Shown piece by piece: positions 51,855 to 64,000 of a stretch of DNA of 64,000 nt. This stretch comes from Glaucostegus cemiculus. Its lineage: Eukaryota. The stretch covers positions 1,674,001 to 1,738,000 of the forward strand of contig CDPCPM010000367.1 in the NCBI GenBank assembly GCA_976551045.1. Reading direction: 5' to 3'. The stretch's first letter is position 1, and every line of letters starts with the position of its first letter. The notes beneath the pieces are model-generated. The model was not told where the DNA came from. It saw nothing but the letters and a program-made list of their open reading frames with translations, and made no database searches. Made by a program: the position numbers and the translations under genes.

Positions 51855-52196
51855 ACTGGTATTGGTTTATTATTGTCACTTGTACCATGATACAGTGAAA
51901 AACTTGTCTTGCATACCGATCATACAGTTCAATTCATTACACAGTGCAGTTTACATTGACTTAGTACAGAGTGCATTGAGGTAGTACAGGTAAAAACAAT
52001 AATAGTACAGAGTAAGGTGTCGCAGCTACAGAGAAAGTGCAGTGCAGGTAGACAATAAGATGCAAGGTTACAAGGTAAGTCGTGAGGTCAGAGTCCATTT
52101 CATCATATGGGAACCATTCAGTAGTCTTATCAGAGTGGGATAGAAGCTGTCCTTAAGCCTGGTGGTATGTGTCCTTAGGCTCCTATATCTTCTACC
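51855..52196 (-). mobile_element. Rex1/Babar 3' fragment
   Basis: Same sequence as 698-995. Confidence 0.9.
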
Positions 52197-52805
52197 TTTG
52201 AACAATTATTTTTTTTAGCCCCACTTTCAGACAATGAGCATTTTGGGTAGTGTCAGGAAGGGGCCATTTAAATTGCATGCAATGGTGACAGTCTGTATAA
52301 AGCATTCAAGGCCTTTTGTAGGACAGGTTTGCAATAGGGAAGGGGTGGGAGAAATGACTTTACTATGGCCATGTCACATGCCTAAGAGAACCTCACCATA
52401 ATGAGCTCACAGCAGGAAATGTAACCAACAATTTTAGCACACCAGGGTAGATTCAAACCAAAAGTTAAGATAGAGCAGATGTTGCAATTAAGGTGACATT
52501 GGCCTGAAAAGTTAACTCTGTTTCTCCCTCTGTGTATGCTGCCTGACCTGCTGAATACTTCAAACTTAATGAACCTGATCCCCCGAGTCCCAGCTGGTGC
52601 CTTGTGCAAACTGCACATCTCCTAACACTGCCAACTTTGTACTTGTGGGCCTTCCCAAGGGGTGCAACGGGCTGCAAGCAGCAGCTTGGTCACAGGCGAC
52701 AGGAGCTGAGGCCCTGCCTGTCAATCGCCCTGGTGGCTTTCTAACAGCTTGCTTGATCTGAAACCTTCCCCCTGTTTCCAAATGTTTCTGATCATTGGAC
52801 ACATA

Positions 52806-53127
52806 AATATTTATTTATTAGTCACATGTATTATTTATTAGTCACATGTACATCAAAACACACAGTGAACTGCGACTTTTTGCGTTACTGATAATGTTCT
52901 GGGGGCAGCCTGCAAGTGTCACCACTCTTCTGGCACCAACGTAGCATGCCCACAGCTCCTAACCTGCACGTCTTTGAAATGTGGGAGGGAACTGGAGCAC
53001 CGGGAGGAAATCCACGCAGACACACGGGGAGAACATACAAACTCCTTACAGGCAGCACCGGGAATTGAACCCAGGTCGCTGGCACTGTAATAGCATCATG
53101 CTAACCGCTACGTTACTGTGACGCCCG
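52806..53127 (-). mobile_element. Full-length V-SINE (Rex-like tail), with about 20 bp of the tail tandemly duplicated
   Basis: A and B boxes, V core, and TTATTTATTAGTCACATGTA twice at 52811-52850. Confidence 0.92.
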
Positions 53128-53283
53128 ACTGGAAGCAGGTAGAAAACAGAATGAAAAATTATTTCAACTCATCGAAAACATAAACATACGTTGAAATAAT
53201 GAAGGTCTATGAATCCATTCGAATGACCACATGAGATGCAATAGCAATGGCAGGAGTAAAGCTGAAAAGCCAATTAAAAGATT

Positions 53284-53722
53284 TAATCAGAATCAGAATC
53301 AGTTTTATTGTCACAACCATATACATACATAGTATGCATAGGAGCGAGATACCGTCCTCCTCAGGCGCTCGTCCCATTAAATAACAACCAACAGAGACAC
53401 ACAGACACACTTAACAGAATAAACATTAAAAAAAACACTAAGCATTAAAAACTACGGAAGTTAAAATTAAGTTAATACGCAGATTAAATTAAAAATGGCC
53501 AGTAAATAAATAAATAGTTATCAAAGTGAACGGGCTGGTGTCGGGCATTTAAAGTGCTGGTGCATTTCTGTGCACCTAGCATCTCTTAGTATTAACAAAG
53601 GAAGATGGAGGGATGAGAGAGTTTGCAGTTCTGATGGCTTGTGGAAAGAAGCTATTGTTCAGCCTGGTCGTTCTTGCCCTGATACATTTAAGCCTCCTCC
53701 CTGATGGCAAAATTGTAAAGAG
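53284..53722 (-). mobile_element. Young Rex1/Babar 3' fragment
   Basis: Near-identical to 5287-5718 (LFTILPSGRRLKCIRARTTRLNNSFFPQAIR). Confidence 0.93.
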
Positions 53723-55539
53723 GTCGTGGGAGCAACTCATCAACTTACAACTCAGCAACTTACAAAATGGCTCTGGACTCACTGGTCAGATGAATGTGCA
53801 CTTCACTCTCGGCCTGTTCCCGACTTGTGGGGCACACTGCACAGGCACGCGAGTTGAGGTGTGCTGCCACTTGCCCTGCTACCCTTTGATGCTTCTCCCG
53901 CTGGCAGCATGGTCCAGCCCATTCCAGTTTGTTTCAAAACTGAACTGGCTCAAAAGGAAATCACCACATCCCTTTATACTTCTCAATTCCCATGACCCTA
54001 TTGAGAAAATAAACCTGATCTGAAATAAATGCCATTCAGCAAGTCTTATACACACAAATACCAATTCACACACATTGTAATTTCCACCAAGCTTGATTCA
54101 GATGGAGACTGAATTATTTTAACTCTAGCCTGCAATGAGATTAGATTGAAGGAAGTCCTACATTAAGAGATAGGCAAGCTACTTACAAAAATTTAGCACT
54201 TTATAATTTGATGCTTTTAATATTGAAATCAGCACTGCTTCTTTAAAAAGAAAGACAACCTTTTATATTGACAGGTTCAAGAAATAAACTAAAATTAGGT
54301 CATGTGCATCAAGTGCAATCTGAGCATGATCAACATTTCATTATTAATTAAATTCAGCCGTAAGGCATGCACCTCTCTGTAACAAGCAGCTGTTTCCTGA
54401 AAAGATCCAAATACTTTCTAATCAAAAAGCAAAAAAAAATCATTTGTGCTACTTCGTAATTAATGTGCTGTTTTTGATCCCTGAATCCACTTATACCACC
54501 TCTTGCACACAAATTAGCTTCCTAAACAATTTCAATTTAAAAATAAATCAGTTAATATAATGACGTGTTAGCAAATTTATTGAAGGATTATTATTCATGC
54601 TCCATACAAAGTCAAATACATGAGTCACCATAACAGCTATTGTATTAACTGTAGTGTTCCATTAAAATCCCTTTTGGTGTAAACCATAACCCGCCAGTTA
54701 TTCGTAATATTGTTTTCCAGTGACTGAAGCAAATGGTGAAAATGTAAGTGGTTGATTTTTGCTTAGGTATTCAAAACAATGGCAATTGTTGAGTTACAAT
54801 TTGTAGATCTTGAAAAAATACAGCATATGTATGTTTGAATCCTGTGGTGATAATTTAAATTAGAAAGTGGTAATTTGGTCCAGTTGGCAATTTTACCATC
54901 ATAGGCTCTGTTCCCATTTTAGGTAATGATACAAATTACATCCTTCATTAATAATTTCATTCCTATTAATTACCAAGATAATTTATCATATACCAATCAT
55001 TTCACATAAATACGAAGACTTTTTTTATTTTAACAGAGAACATTTCATGCAGGTTCCAGGTGAAAAAAATAATTTCGCACAATGAAAGGAAGACAGTGAT
55101 ATGGAGCCCAAAATGTTCATTTATTGTGTGATTGACCTCAGTAACCAGGAACAGTGGATTTCTTATTTAGATCAGCATTTGCAAAAGCAGGTTAGGCCAG
55201 CAATGTAGGTTTGCCCTGGGCCATAGACTATGTGCAATGCTACAGAAGGTTCACAGGTTGTTAATGGAAATTACCTTAAAATAGCAAGGCCATGAAATCC
55301 TTGCGATTCTAATCTAAGTGCAAAGTGCCAGGATGCAACCACTAAGCACCCCCTGTCATTGACCCTAATAGAGAATGAGGAGACTTTGCTGATATGAGTA
55401 ATACTGGTGAGTACTGCCCTATGGGTGTCCAGAGGAGCTGCAGAAGGTTATATAGGACTTATCCTGGACCCTGCAATCTTGCTTTTACACTGAATTTCTC
55501 AGGAGCAAAAGTTTGGGCTGTAACTTCTCGTCAGTCCCA

Positions 55540-55882
55540 TGTAAAATAAAATGGTTTTTCTCAAGATGGGAATCTCTTCAGCCTATTGTATAAAGGCTTG
55601 TGTGAGGCTACAGCATGTAACTAGGAAAGCTAACAAGATGTTATTGTTTATTGTGATTTGAAATGAATACAAAAGTGGGGGGGGATATCTTTCTGTTATA
55701 TAGGGCATTGGTAAGACCACTGTGTACTGTGGCCTCCTCATCCAAGAAAGGATGTAAGTGCATTGGAAGTGGTTCAGAGAAAGTTCATGGGACTGATACT
55801 AAGTGTGTGGGTTGCCTTATGTTGGACAGGCTAGGCCTGTATCTATTAGAGTACAGAAAAGTAAGGGCTGACTTGATTGAAA
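55540..55882 (+). mobile_element. Old CR1 fragment
   Basis: LLYRALVRP and LDRLGLYLLEYRKVRADLIE in ORF 55663-56115. Confidence 0.8.
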
Positions 55883-56165
55883 AGTGGGGAGGCTGTTTTG
55901 CAGAACGTCTGTGCTCTGTCCATAACCACAATCTGCATTTCCCCGTTGCCAGTCACTTCAACTCCCCCTCCCACACTATCACTGATACGTCAGTCCTCGG
56001 CCTCCTCCACTCCCAGGAGAATTCCAAGCGCAAACTGGAGGAACAGCACCTCATTTTCCATCCTGGAACCTTTCAGCCGAATGGCATGAACACCGAATTC
56101 TCCTACTTTAAGTAATCCCCATCCCCCTTCCCCAAAACCCCTCCCCACCACCATGCTTCTTCTCT
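55883..56165 (+). mobile_element. Penelope-like GIY-YIG C-terminal fragment
   Basis: CFAERLCSV...PVASHFNSPSH...RKLEEQHLIF..GTFQPNGMN.EFS.FK*. Confidence 0.88.
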
Positions 56166-56167
56166 TC

Positions 56168-58155
56168 TTCCACAGATTCACCACCCTCTGGCTAATGAAA
56201 TTCCCTCTCATCTCTGTTCTAAAGGGACATCCTTCTATTCTGAGGCTGTGCCCTCTGGTCCTAGACTCTCCCACCACAGGAAACATCCTCACCACGTCCA
56301 CTCTATTCAGGCCTTTCAATATTCGGTAGATTTCAATGAGATTCCCTTCTCATCCTTCTAAACTCCAGCGAGTACTGGCTCAGAACCATGAAACACTCCT
56401 CATATGTTATTTAATTCTTGGGATCATTCTTGTAAACCTCCTCTGGACCCTCTCCAATGCCAGCACATCCTTCCTTAGATATGGGGCCCAAGACTGCTCA
56501 CATTCTTCCAAATGTGGTCTGACCAATGCCTTATAAAGCCTCAGTATTACATCCTTACTTTTAAATCTAGTCCTCTTGAAACGAATGCTAACATTGCATT
56601 TGCCTTCCTTACTATTAACTCAACTTGCAAGTTAACCTTCAGGAAATCCTGCACTAGGTCTCCCAAGTCCCTTTGCACCTCCGATTTCTGGATTCACTCC
56701 CCATTTAGAAAACAGTCTACGCCTTTATTCCTTCTACCAAAGTGCATGACCATACACTTCCCTACGCTATATTCCATCTGCCACTTCTTTGTCCATTCTC
56801 CCAACTTGTCCAAGTCCTTCTGCAGACTCCCTGCTTCCTCAACACTACCTGCCCCTCCACCTATCTTTGTATCATCTGCAAACTTGGCCACAAAGCCCTC
56901 AATTCCATCATCCAGCTCATTAAAATATAACATGAAAAGTAGCAGACCCAACATCGACCCCTGGGGCAAACCACTAGTCACCGGCAGTCAACCAGAAAAG
57001 GCCTGCTTTATTCCTGCTCCTTGCCTTCTGCCAATCAGCCAATATTCTATCCATGTGTGTACCTTTCCAGGAACACCATGGGCTCCTACCTTGTTTAGCA
57101 GCTTCGTGGCACCTTGTCAAAGGCCTTCTAAAAATCCAAGTAAACAACATCCACTGATTCTCCTTCGTCTATCCTGCCTGCTACTTCCTCAAAGAATTCC
57201 AACAAACTTGTCAGGCAAGATCTGTCCTTAAGGAAAACATGCTGGCTTCAGCCTTTTTTATCATGAGCTTCCAAGTACCCCAAAACCTCATCCTTAATAA
57301 TATCTTACCAACCACTGAAGTCAGGCTAACTGGCCTATAACTTCCTGTCTTTTACCTTCCTCCCTTCTTAAGGAGTGGAGTGACATTTACGATTTTCCAG
57401 TCCTCCAGAACCATTCCTGAATCCAGTGATTCTTGAAAGATCACTACTAATGCCTCCACAATCTCTTCAGCTAACTCTTTCAGAATCCTGGGGTGTAGTC
57501 CATCCAGTCCAGGAGACTTATCTACCTTCATACCTTTCAGTTTCCCAAGCACCTTCTCCTTAATAATAGCAATTACACTCACTTCTGCCCTGCGACTCTC
57601 TCAAATTTCTGGCAATATTGCTGGTGTCTTCCACAGTGAAGACTGATGCAAAATACTTATTCAGTTCATCTGCCATTTCTTTGTTTCCCATTACTATCTC
57701 TCCAGTGTCATTTTCCAGCAGTCCGATGTCCACTCTTGCTTCTCTTTTACTCTTTATATATCTGAAAAAACTTTTGGTGTCTTCTTTTATATTGTTGGCT
57801 AGCTTACCTTCATATTTCATCTTTTCTCCCCTTATTGCTTTTTTAGTTGCCTTTTGTTGATTTTTAAAAGCTCCCCAACCCTCTAGCTTCCCACTAATCT
57901 TTGTACTATTTTATGGTCTCTCTTTTGCTTTTATGCTATCTTTGACTTCCCTTGTCAGCCACAGTTGTTTCATCCTTCCTTTAGAATGCTGCTTCTTCTT
58001 TGGGAAGAACAGATCCTATGTCTTCAGAATTACTCCTGCCATTGCTGCTCTAGCATCATTCCTGCCAGGGTCCCCTTCCAATCAACTTTGGCCAGCTCCA
58101 CTCTCATGCCTCTGTAGTTACCTTTACTCAACTGTAATACCAATACATCTGATAT
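56168..58155 (-). mobile_element. 5'-truncated CR1 LINE
   Basis: ORFs 57560-57820, 57352-57582, 56694-56981 (KFADDTK) and 55990-56319. Confidence 0.95.
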
Positions 58156-58712
58156 TAGCTTTAGATTACAGGTCAGAGCTTATTGGGTACATTTTAAATG
58201 TAATGAATGTTTTGCCTCCAATATCTTTTCAGGCAGAGAGTTTGAGACTCACAGTGCTCTTTGAATGATAAATAATTCCTCAGCCTTCTTCTATCAGTTA
58301 ATTTACCTCTGTCCCCTAACTTTTAATTCTTTCTGGCAAGGTAAAGAAGTCCTTCTTGTTCACCTGCCTGGACCTCATAAGTTTATACACTTTAGTTAAA
58401 TCTTCCTTGAACCTCCTTTATTCCAAACAAAACAGCATCATCTTAGTTGGTATCATTACTACAATTCTTCAGTACTAGCAACAAAATTGTGAGTCTCCCC
58501 TGCTCCCACCATTGCTATCACATCCTTCCTGTAATGTGCTGACCTCTAACTGTGGTCACAGTGAAATTACAGCTGAGATCCAAGCCCCGTTAAATGAGTG
58601 GCACAAGTGGTGAATTCAGTCCCCTAACATTTAATAGGAAGTACTTCAGTTGCTAGAAGGAATTCCATGTTAGGTCTACCATGCACACAATATTCCCAGG
58701 AAATTCAGTGGC

Positions 58713-59006
58713 ATAGAGAAACAAAGGACTGCAGATGCTGGAATCTAAATGAAAAATACAATGATGCTGGAGGAACTCAGCAGGCCAGGCAGCATCCATG
58801 GAGAAAAGCAAGTGGTCAACGTTTCAGGTCAGGATCCTTCTTCAGGACTGAAGATAGGAAAAGGGGAAGCCCACTATATAGGAGGGAAAAGCTCTGCTTT
58901 TTTATATAGTCCTGAAAAAGAGTCCTGACCCGAAACATTGACTGCCTGCTTTTCTCCACAGATGCTGCCCGGCCTGCTGAGTTCCTCCAGCATCATCGTG
59001 TTTTTC
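58713..59006. mobile_element. Penelope-derived fold-back element with two opposed hammerhead-like motifs
   Basis: Arms at about 58750-58850 and 58908-59006 are reverse complements. Minus strand has CTGAAGA-stem-GAAAC; plus strand has CTGAAAA-stem-GAAAC. Confidence 0.88.
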
Positions 59007-59167
59007 AGATCAATGACATAACTCTGCTTTTTTCAACATTATGCTTTGAAGTTATCTCACTTCCATTTCCAGGTTGTTGCATGTCACTCCAAAAATTTCT
59101 TCCATTGGTGGGCCACCTGGTGATCCTGACATGTGGAAAGTACAAAGGATGACATAGTGGAAAGGGA

Positions 59168-59455
59168 CAAGACAAGACATCTTCATTAGTCACATGTACT
59201 TCAAAACACACAGTGAAATGCATCTTTGTGTAGAATGGGGGCAGAACACAAGTGTTGTCATGCTTCCAGCACCAACGTAGCATGCCCACAGCTTCTTAAC
59301 CCGTATGTCTTTGGAATGTGGGAGGAAACCAGAGCACCTGGAGGAAACCCATGCAGACACAGGGAGAACGTACAAACTCATTACAGACAGTGGCTAGAAT
59401 TGAACCTGGGTTGCTGACGCTGAAATAGCATTACGCTAACCACTACACTACCATG
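59168..59455 (-). mobile_element. V-SINE (Rex-like tail family)
   Basis: Full head, core and tail. Confidence 0.9.
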
Positions 59456-62134
59456 AACTACCATGAACTTGGACTACAATATTTTAAAGGACAGTCATTG
59501 AGAATCCCTGGATTACAAGGTCTTCTCAGCACAAAATTCAAATGGATACCTGCTTGGTATATTAAAAAACCTGCACTCTTGGGCACCACCACCTCGATCT
59601 CCAGCCTGAAATTTTCCTGACCCTATGATCCTTGAAAAAGAAAGCTCCCCCATCCCCAAATCTTGTTCTCAATTAATTACAGCATTTCCTCCTGAACGTT
59701 CTTGAACAATGCCAGTCCTTCCCCTTCCAAGCCTGAGTTAACAATGCTCTTCTCTTGCTCCAGATCTTAATGACCCCAACGTCTTCCCAAATGCAGGTCT
59801 CCAATACACCGACTAAGCCTATGGATGATCTCCTGGATCTGGTCTTGGAAGAGGAGAACCAAGATGCACATTTCCATCTGCCAAAGTATATAATGCCCAT
59901 TCTGATTCAACCGAACTGTTGGCCATTCTAACCCTTGACTCTCAGCACATGATAATTTCCAGCACAGTATTCTTTTAGTGCAGCAAGCAAAACTGTGGGT
60001 TGTGAGAACTTCATACAAGCATCAAGGCAAGTTTCTATTACTGTAGAAAAGCAGTGACACATAAAACAGAAATTACATATATATTCAATTGAAATGCATT
60101 CATGCACTACATTCAGTTTGGTTAGGTATGCAAATTCTCCTGGACGACTGCAGGCCGGCAATGTAACACATCTGTCCAAGAACAGGAAACAGCACAGACT
60201 AGCAAAGTTTAGTCGTGAGCAAACTCTCAGAATTCATCAATTGTGATCAAACAAAGACAGCTACATAGCTTTGTTAAAACCATGTTCAACAAATTTAAAA
60301 GTGTTATTTGAAGAAAGGACAAATAGAGATCAAAGGGAAGCAGCAGATGTGAAAGATGAAGATGAAGATTTCTTCCATGAGGCTAGCTGCAAAAATTCAG
60401 GCATGTGCTACGAAAGGAAATGTGGCAACATTGATCGAAAGTTTGCTAGGGTCAGGTGATGAAAAGTTTATGTAAATGAGGACTGCCCGTATTTAATAAG
60501 GGTTGAAATGATGTATTACAGGAGTCAACAGTGGCACTAATTTGTTTACAGATAAATAAATTCACACATGTTCATAGGTTGCGTAAAGGAGCCAATAGCC
60601 ATATTAGCAGAAGCAACAAGTTAATTTGCCACAGCGGCTCAGTTGGCAATGGTGCAGTGAACCATTAATCAAGGTATGAGCTGCTGCCAGGATAGAAGTC
60701 ATGGGTCTGCATTCTTCAGTGAGGTGCCAGTCAGAAATAAACAATTTGGGTGAACATGGCTTCCTGGTAACAGCCCTTCCCCTCCTTTTCCTTCTAACCT
60801 CCTGTCTTAGTATTCTCATTCTTTCAGCCATGCTGTTTTCCAAAGGGAACGCTACTAACTAATTCGTGTCTGAGAGCAAATGGTTTATGCAGACACTTTG
60901 AAGTCAGCTCAAAATCTTTCAGCACCTGCCACACAAGTCCCCACAGATTAATGCAACTTGAACCAACTGTGGAAACATTTGCAGAATCAGAGCAACAGCC
61001 CCTCCCCAACCGCACCCCCCCCCCCGCAAAAATAATCAACCAGCAACTAAGCTGCAACTAGCCAATGATCCTTTGAAATAGCACTGGTGAGAGGTTCTTC
61101 TCACTGGAGAATGCTTGCTCAGTTACATGATTGAAAGAGGCTATTACCTGTAACTTCCAGCTCTGACGTTGCAGGTCCAGTTTTAATACATGTGTTTATC
61201 CTGCTTGCTTTTGCTGGACACTCACTGCACGTAATTTGTCCTCGCAATGTAATGTCTGCCACAGTTTGCCCTGTAAATGTGCAGATATGCCACCATTTCA
61301 GTGTTTCAGGAACACCGGTAGCCCTCTAAATATTGGGGCTAATGATACCATTCCTTGACACCCAAGTTCTATGTACATATCGATGTCCATAGAACTAATA
61401 AAGATATCCTATCCTCCATCCCCAAATTCATTTTCCCTTGAAAGCAGCCTTTCATTCAATTATTCTGTGGCTGCCATGGGGAGTTGCTGAAGATATGACA
61501 CCCATACCAAGATCAGCATGGCAAAGATACAGCAGTCAGGAGCTTCTCAGGCAGCTCGCATCCAGAATCCCACAGGTCCCATTCTGGCACACAATTCTGG
61601 CCGTAAAACACCATATGACTGGTTTTAACATATCTTTGAGCAATTTTTGAGAGGGGATCTAAATGGGCATTCATGGTCTATGCAACACATGCTCAGTACA
61701 CCAAATAGAGGGTAAAGTCCAATTTCTAGTCTATCGTAAATAATTGAGGACCCAGTACAAATCCTTATGGGACACAATTAGTTATTTCCTTCCAATGTGA
61801 GCATCTTCTTGCTATCTCTGCTCTCTCTTTTTTGCTAGCTAACCAATCTCCAATTCAGGTCAATAATTTGCCTTCAGTTTCATGATCCTTAATTTTAGCT
61901 TGCAAACTCTTAAACAGAACCTTATCAAAAATACCTGGTCCATCCCATTAAAGTGACATCCATGGAGCTTCCTGTGCCTATTATTTTATTACCAGTTCAG
62001 AAATTTCAGATATGACTCTATCCAATCCACAAATACGGATGCTGTCAAAGGTCAATGATGAGAGAGATGAAACAGAATACAGCATAAGCAATAATATCAT
62101 CAGGTTTGTATCCAAATGGTGTTCAGGTTCCTAA

Positions 62135-62350
62135 AGAGACACAAGAGACTGCAGGTGCTGGAATCTGGAGCAATAAACAACGTGCTGGAAGAACTCAGAA
62201 GGTCATGCTGGTCATCTTTATACTGGCCATCTCACCTCTCCACTCTTAGTCCTGATGCAGGGTTTCAACCCGAAACATTGACAATTTATTTCCTCCCACA
62301 GATGCTGTATGCCCTGCTGAGTTCTTCCAGCACATTGCTCGTTGCTTCAA
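62135..62350. mobile_element. Penelope-derived fold-back element
   Basis: Arms GTGCTGGAAGAACTCAG and CTGAGTTCTTCCAGCAC; CTGATGC-AGGGTTTCAACCC-GAAAC at 62252-62276. Confidence 0.85.
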
Positions 62351-62689
62351 CTACTTAAAATGCAATTGTGCTATGTAGCTTTTTCCAGAGTGCAACACCA
62401 AAATGACTACTTCAGGAAGTTGACCAGACTCTTCTGAGAATCAGGCACTCATGCTGTCAGATGAAAACTGGCTTTGTATTTTGTGAATTGTGATTTCTGC
62501 ATTGATTTTTTTTCCTCCCTCTGCAATATATCTTTTGTGATGTGCCAAAGAATAATGAATCACACAAAGTTCTGGGAATGCCTGCTGTTGTGCATTCCTG
62601 AGATAACGTAGTCTTACTAGCACTGCATCCATCTGGGATATCTGCTGGTTTAGTGCATTAGTCAACATTAACATTAACACTGCACTCAG

Positions 62690-63440
62690 TCCCTATCACC
62701 CTCTGAAATCCAGCTTGTGCTCAGACCTCATTATACTAACTACTAGAAAATTTAATCCCCAACCACTTCCTAGCCAAATAATGATGCCCATCGATTTCCC
62801 CATCCTTCTTCACTTAATGCTGGTTCGATTGACCCCTCCACTCCCTTCAAAGAATCCTGGTGTAACTTCCAGTCCACAATTACCAATCTGGTTTTCATCC
62901 CTTCACTGCCAATACTTTCACACAAGGCTGGTGTGCACTTTAACCCTAACCCAATCACCATTCCCATAATGTTGGTCTGCCCACCCCAACTTCACCCCCT
63001 CCAGCCCACATAACCAATTCGATCCACCTCTACCTCTCACTCTGTTTCCCCACTGCACCATCACCCCTCCTTTCCACCATTTTCATAATGCTAGTCCAAT
63101 TACCAATTCCTCACACAAATTCCTCTCTACCACCATCAATCTTCTCAAATGATTCTGGTCCAAATCTCCTTCATTTTCTTCACACAATCCTAATCCAATT
63201 CCCAATTGCACTTCACATAATGTATTTCTAATCTCCAATCCCGTTTCACATAATGTTGGTCTGACTTCCCCCACACAACATCGATCTAATTCACCCCCAT
63301 CTCTTACTTCACACAATGTTGGTCTGAATCACCAAACCTTTTCATTCTCTTCCTATGATCCCAGTCCAATTTCCAATCCCACTTCGCACAATTCCAGTCC
63401 AACACCCTCTTGCTCCCTTCACTCAATGTTAATTCAATCC
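62690..63440. repeat. Degenerate C-rich tandem array (~30 bp unit)
   Basis: Recurring CCAATYCC-(A)CTTCACAYAATGTTGGTCT modules, with strong G depletion on the + strand. Confidence 0.6.
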
Positions 63441-64000
63441 TACAACAGCTGAGCACCAGTGACAGTGTGCTAGAATGTCTAGATAATTGTTTTCTACTTT
63501 TAAAAATATAGTAAAAAAATGTTTGCGAAGTGAGAAATAGAAGTAATGCATGTCAAACCATAAAAGCATGATAAAAAGCATAATATTTCAAAGGTGTTTT
63601 AACACTTAATTACTGGAAAATTAGACTGTGGATGCCACAAACCACAAAGGCTACAATATCAAGGAAACCAGGAGTTAAGTACACCAACAATAAGCATTCT
63701 CTGAGATTAATAACTATTAAAATGTGGAGATTTTAAAGTAATTCTTTAATTTGTTAACAAATATATTTATTGCATGCACCACCTCCTAACAATTTACAAA
63801 CAAGTACACCTCCCATAGGAACTTCCCATTACCATTCTCAGCCATCAACGGCAATGCAGCAACCCAAATTCATTTTGTTGTTGCTGTTGTCGCTGTTGAC
63901 TTTAAGTGGTTCTGTGAAAAATCATTCATGATACATGGGGCGTGAAGGGAACAATGTGGCCAAAGCCTCACTTGAAATACTTTATTGCTAATACACGAAA

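Noticed and set aside
52725-52740. CTCF site CGCCCTGGTGGC
   Set aside because: Core is two bases short of the consensus spacing.
53040-53127. tRNA gene (A and B boxes)
   Set aside because: tRNA-derived head of a multi-copy SINE; no cloverleaf.
55663-56115. 150-aa ORF as a novel fusion protein
   Set aside because: Chance in-frame junction of a decayed CR1 piece and a Penelope GIY-YIG piece.
56512-57231. 239-aa plus-strand ORF
   Set aside because: Antisense shadow of CR1 RT.
60271-60459. Acidic 62-aa ORF
   Set aside because: Looks like a decayed CR1 3' end.
62441-62680. 79-aa minus ORF as an exon
   Set aside because: No recognisable homology or convincing splice signals.

Overview
Vertebrate genomic DNA. 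The repeat set (CR1, Rex1/Babar, V-SINE, Penelope-like, RTE, L2, Harbinger) points to a cartilaginous fish, possibly a ray or sawfish; this is inference. The window is intronic or intergenic, and I could not support any intact host gene. Nearly all ORF-track entries are transposon fragments or chance ORFs. Directly visible structure: a fossil two-ORF Harbinger element (0.25-2.3 kb); a four-layer nest of Penelope, CR1, Rex 3' UTR and solo LTR (17.2-20.6 kb); a Rex1/Babar element split by two CR1 insertions (33.8-37.9 kb); and two solo LTRs with clean target-site duplications (TSDs). The most interesting signals are: short Penelope-derived fold-back elements with minimal hammerhead-ribozyme motifs; a V-SINE family carrying either a Rex1/Babar-like or a CR1-like 3' tail; two local inverted duplications; a duplicated motif-dense ~200 bp island; and an orphan frameshifted coding-like block at 31.8-32.5 kb. 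Family assignments come from remembered motifs, not database searches. Boundaries of old repeats are approximate.
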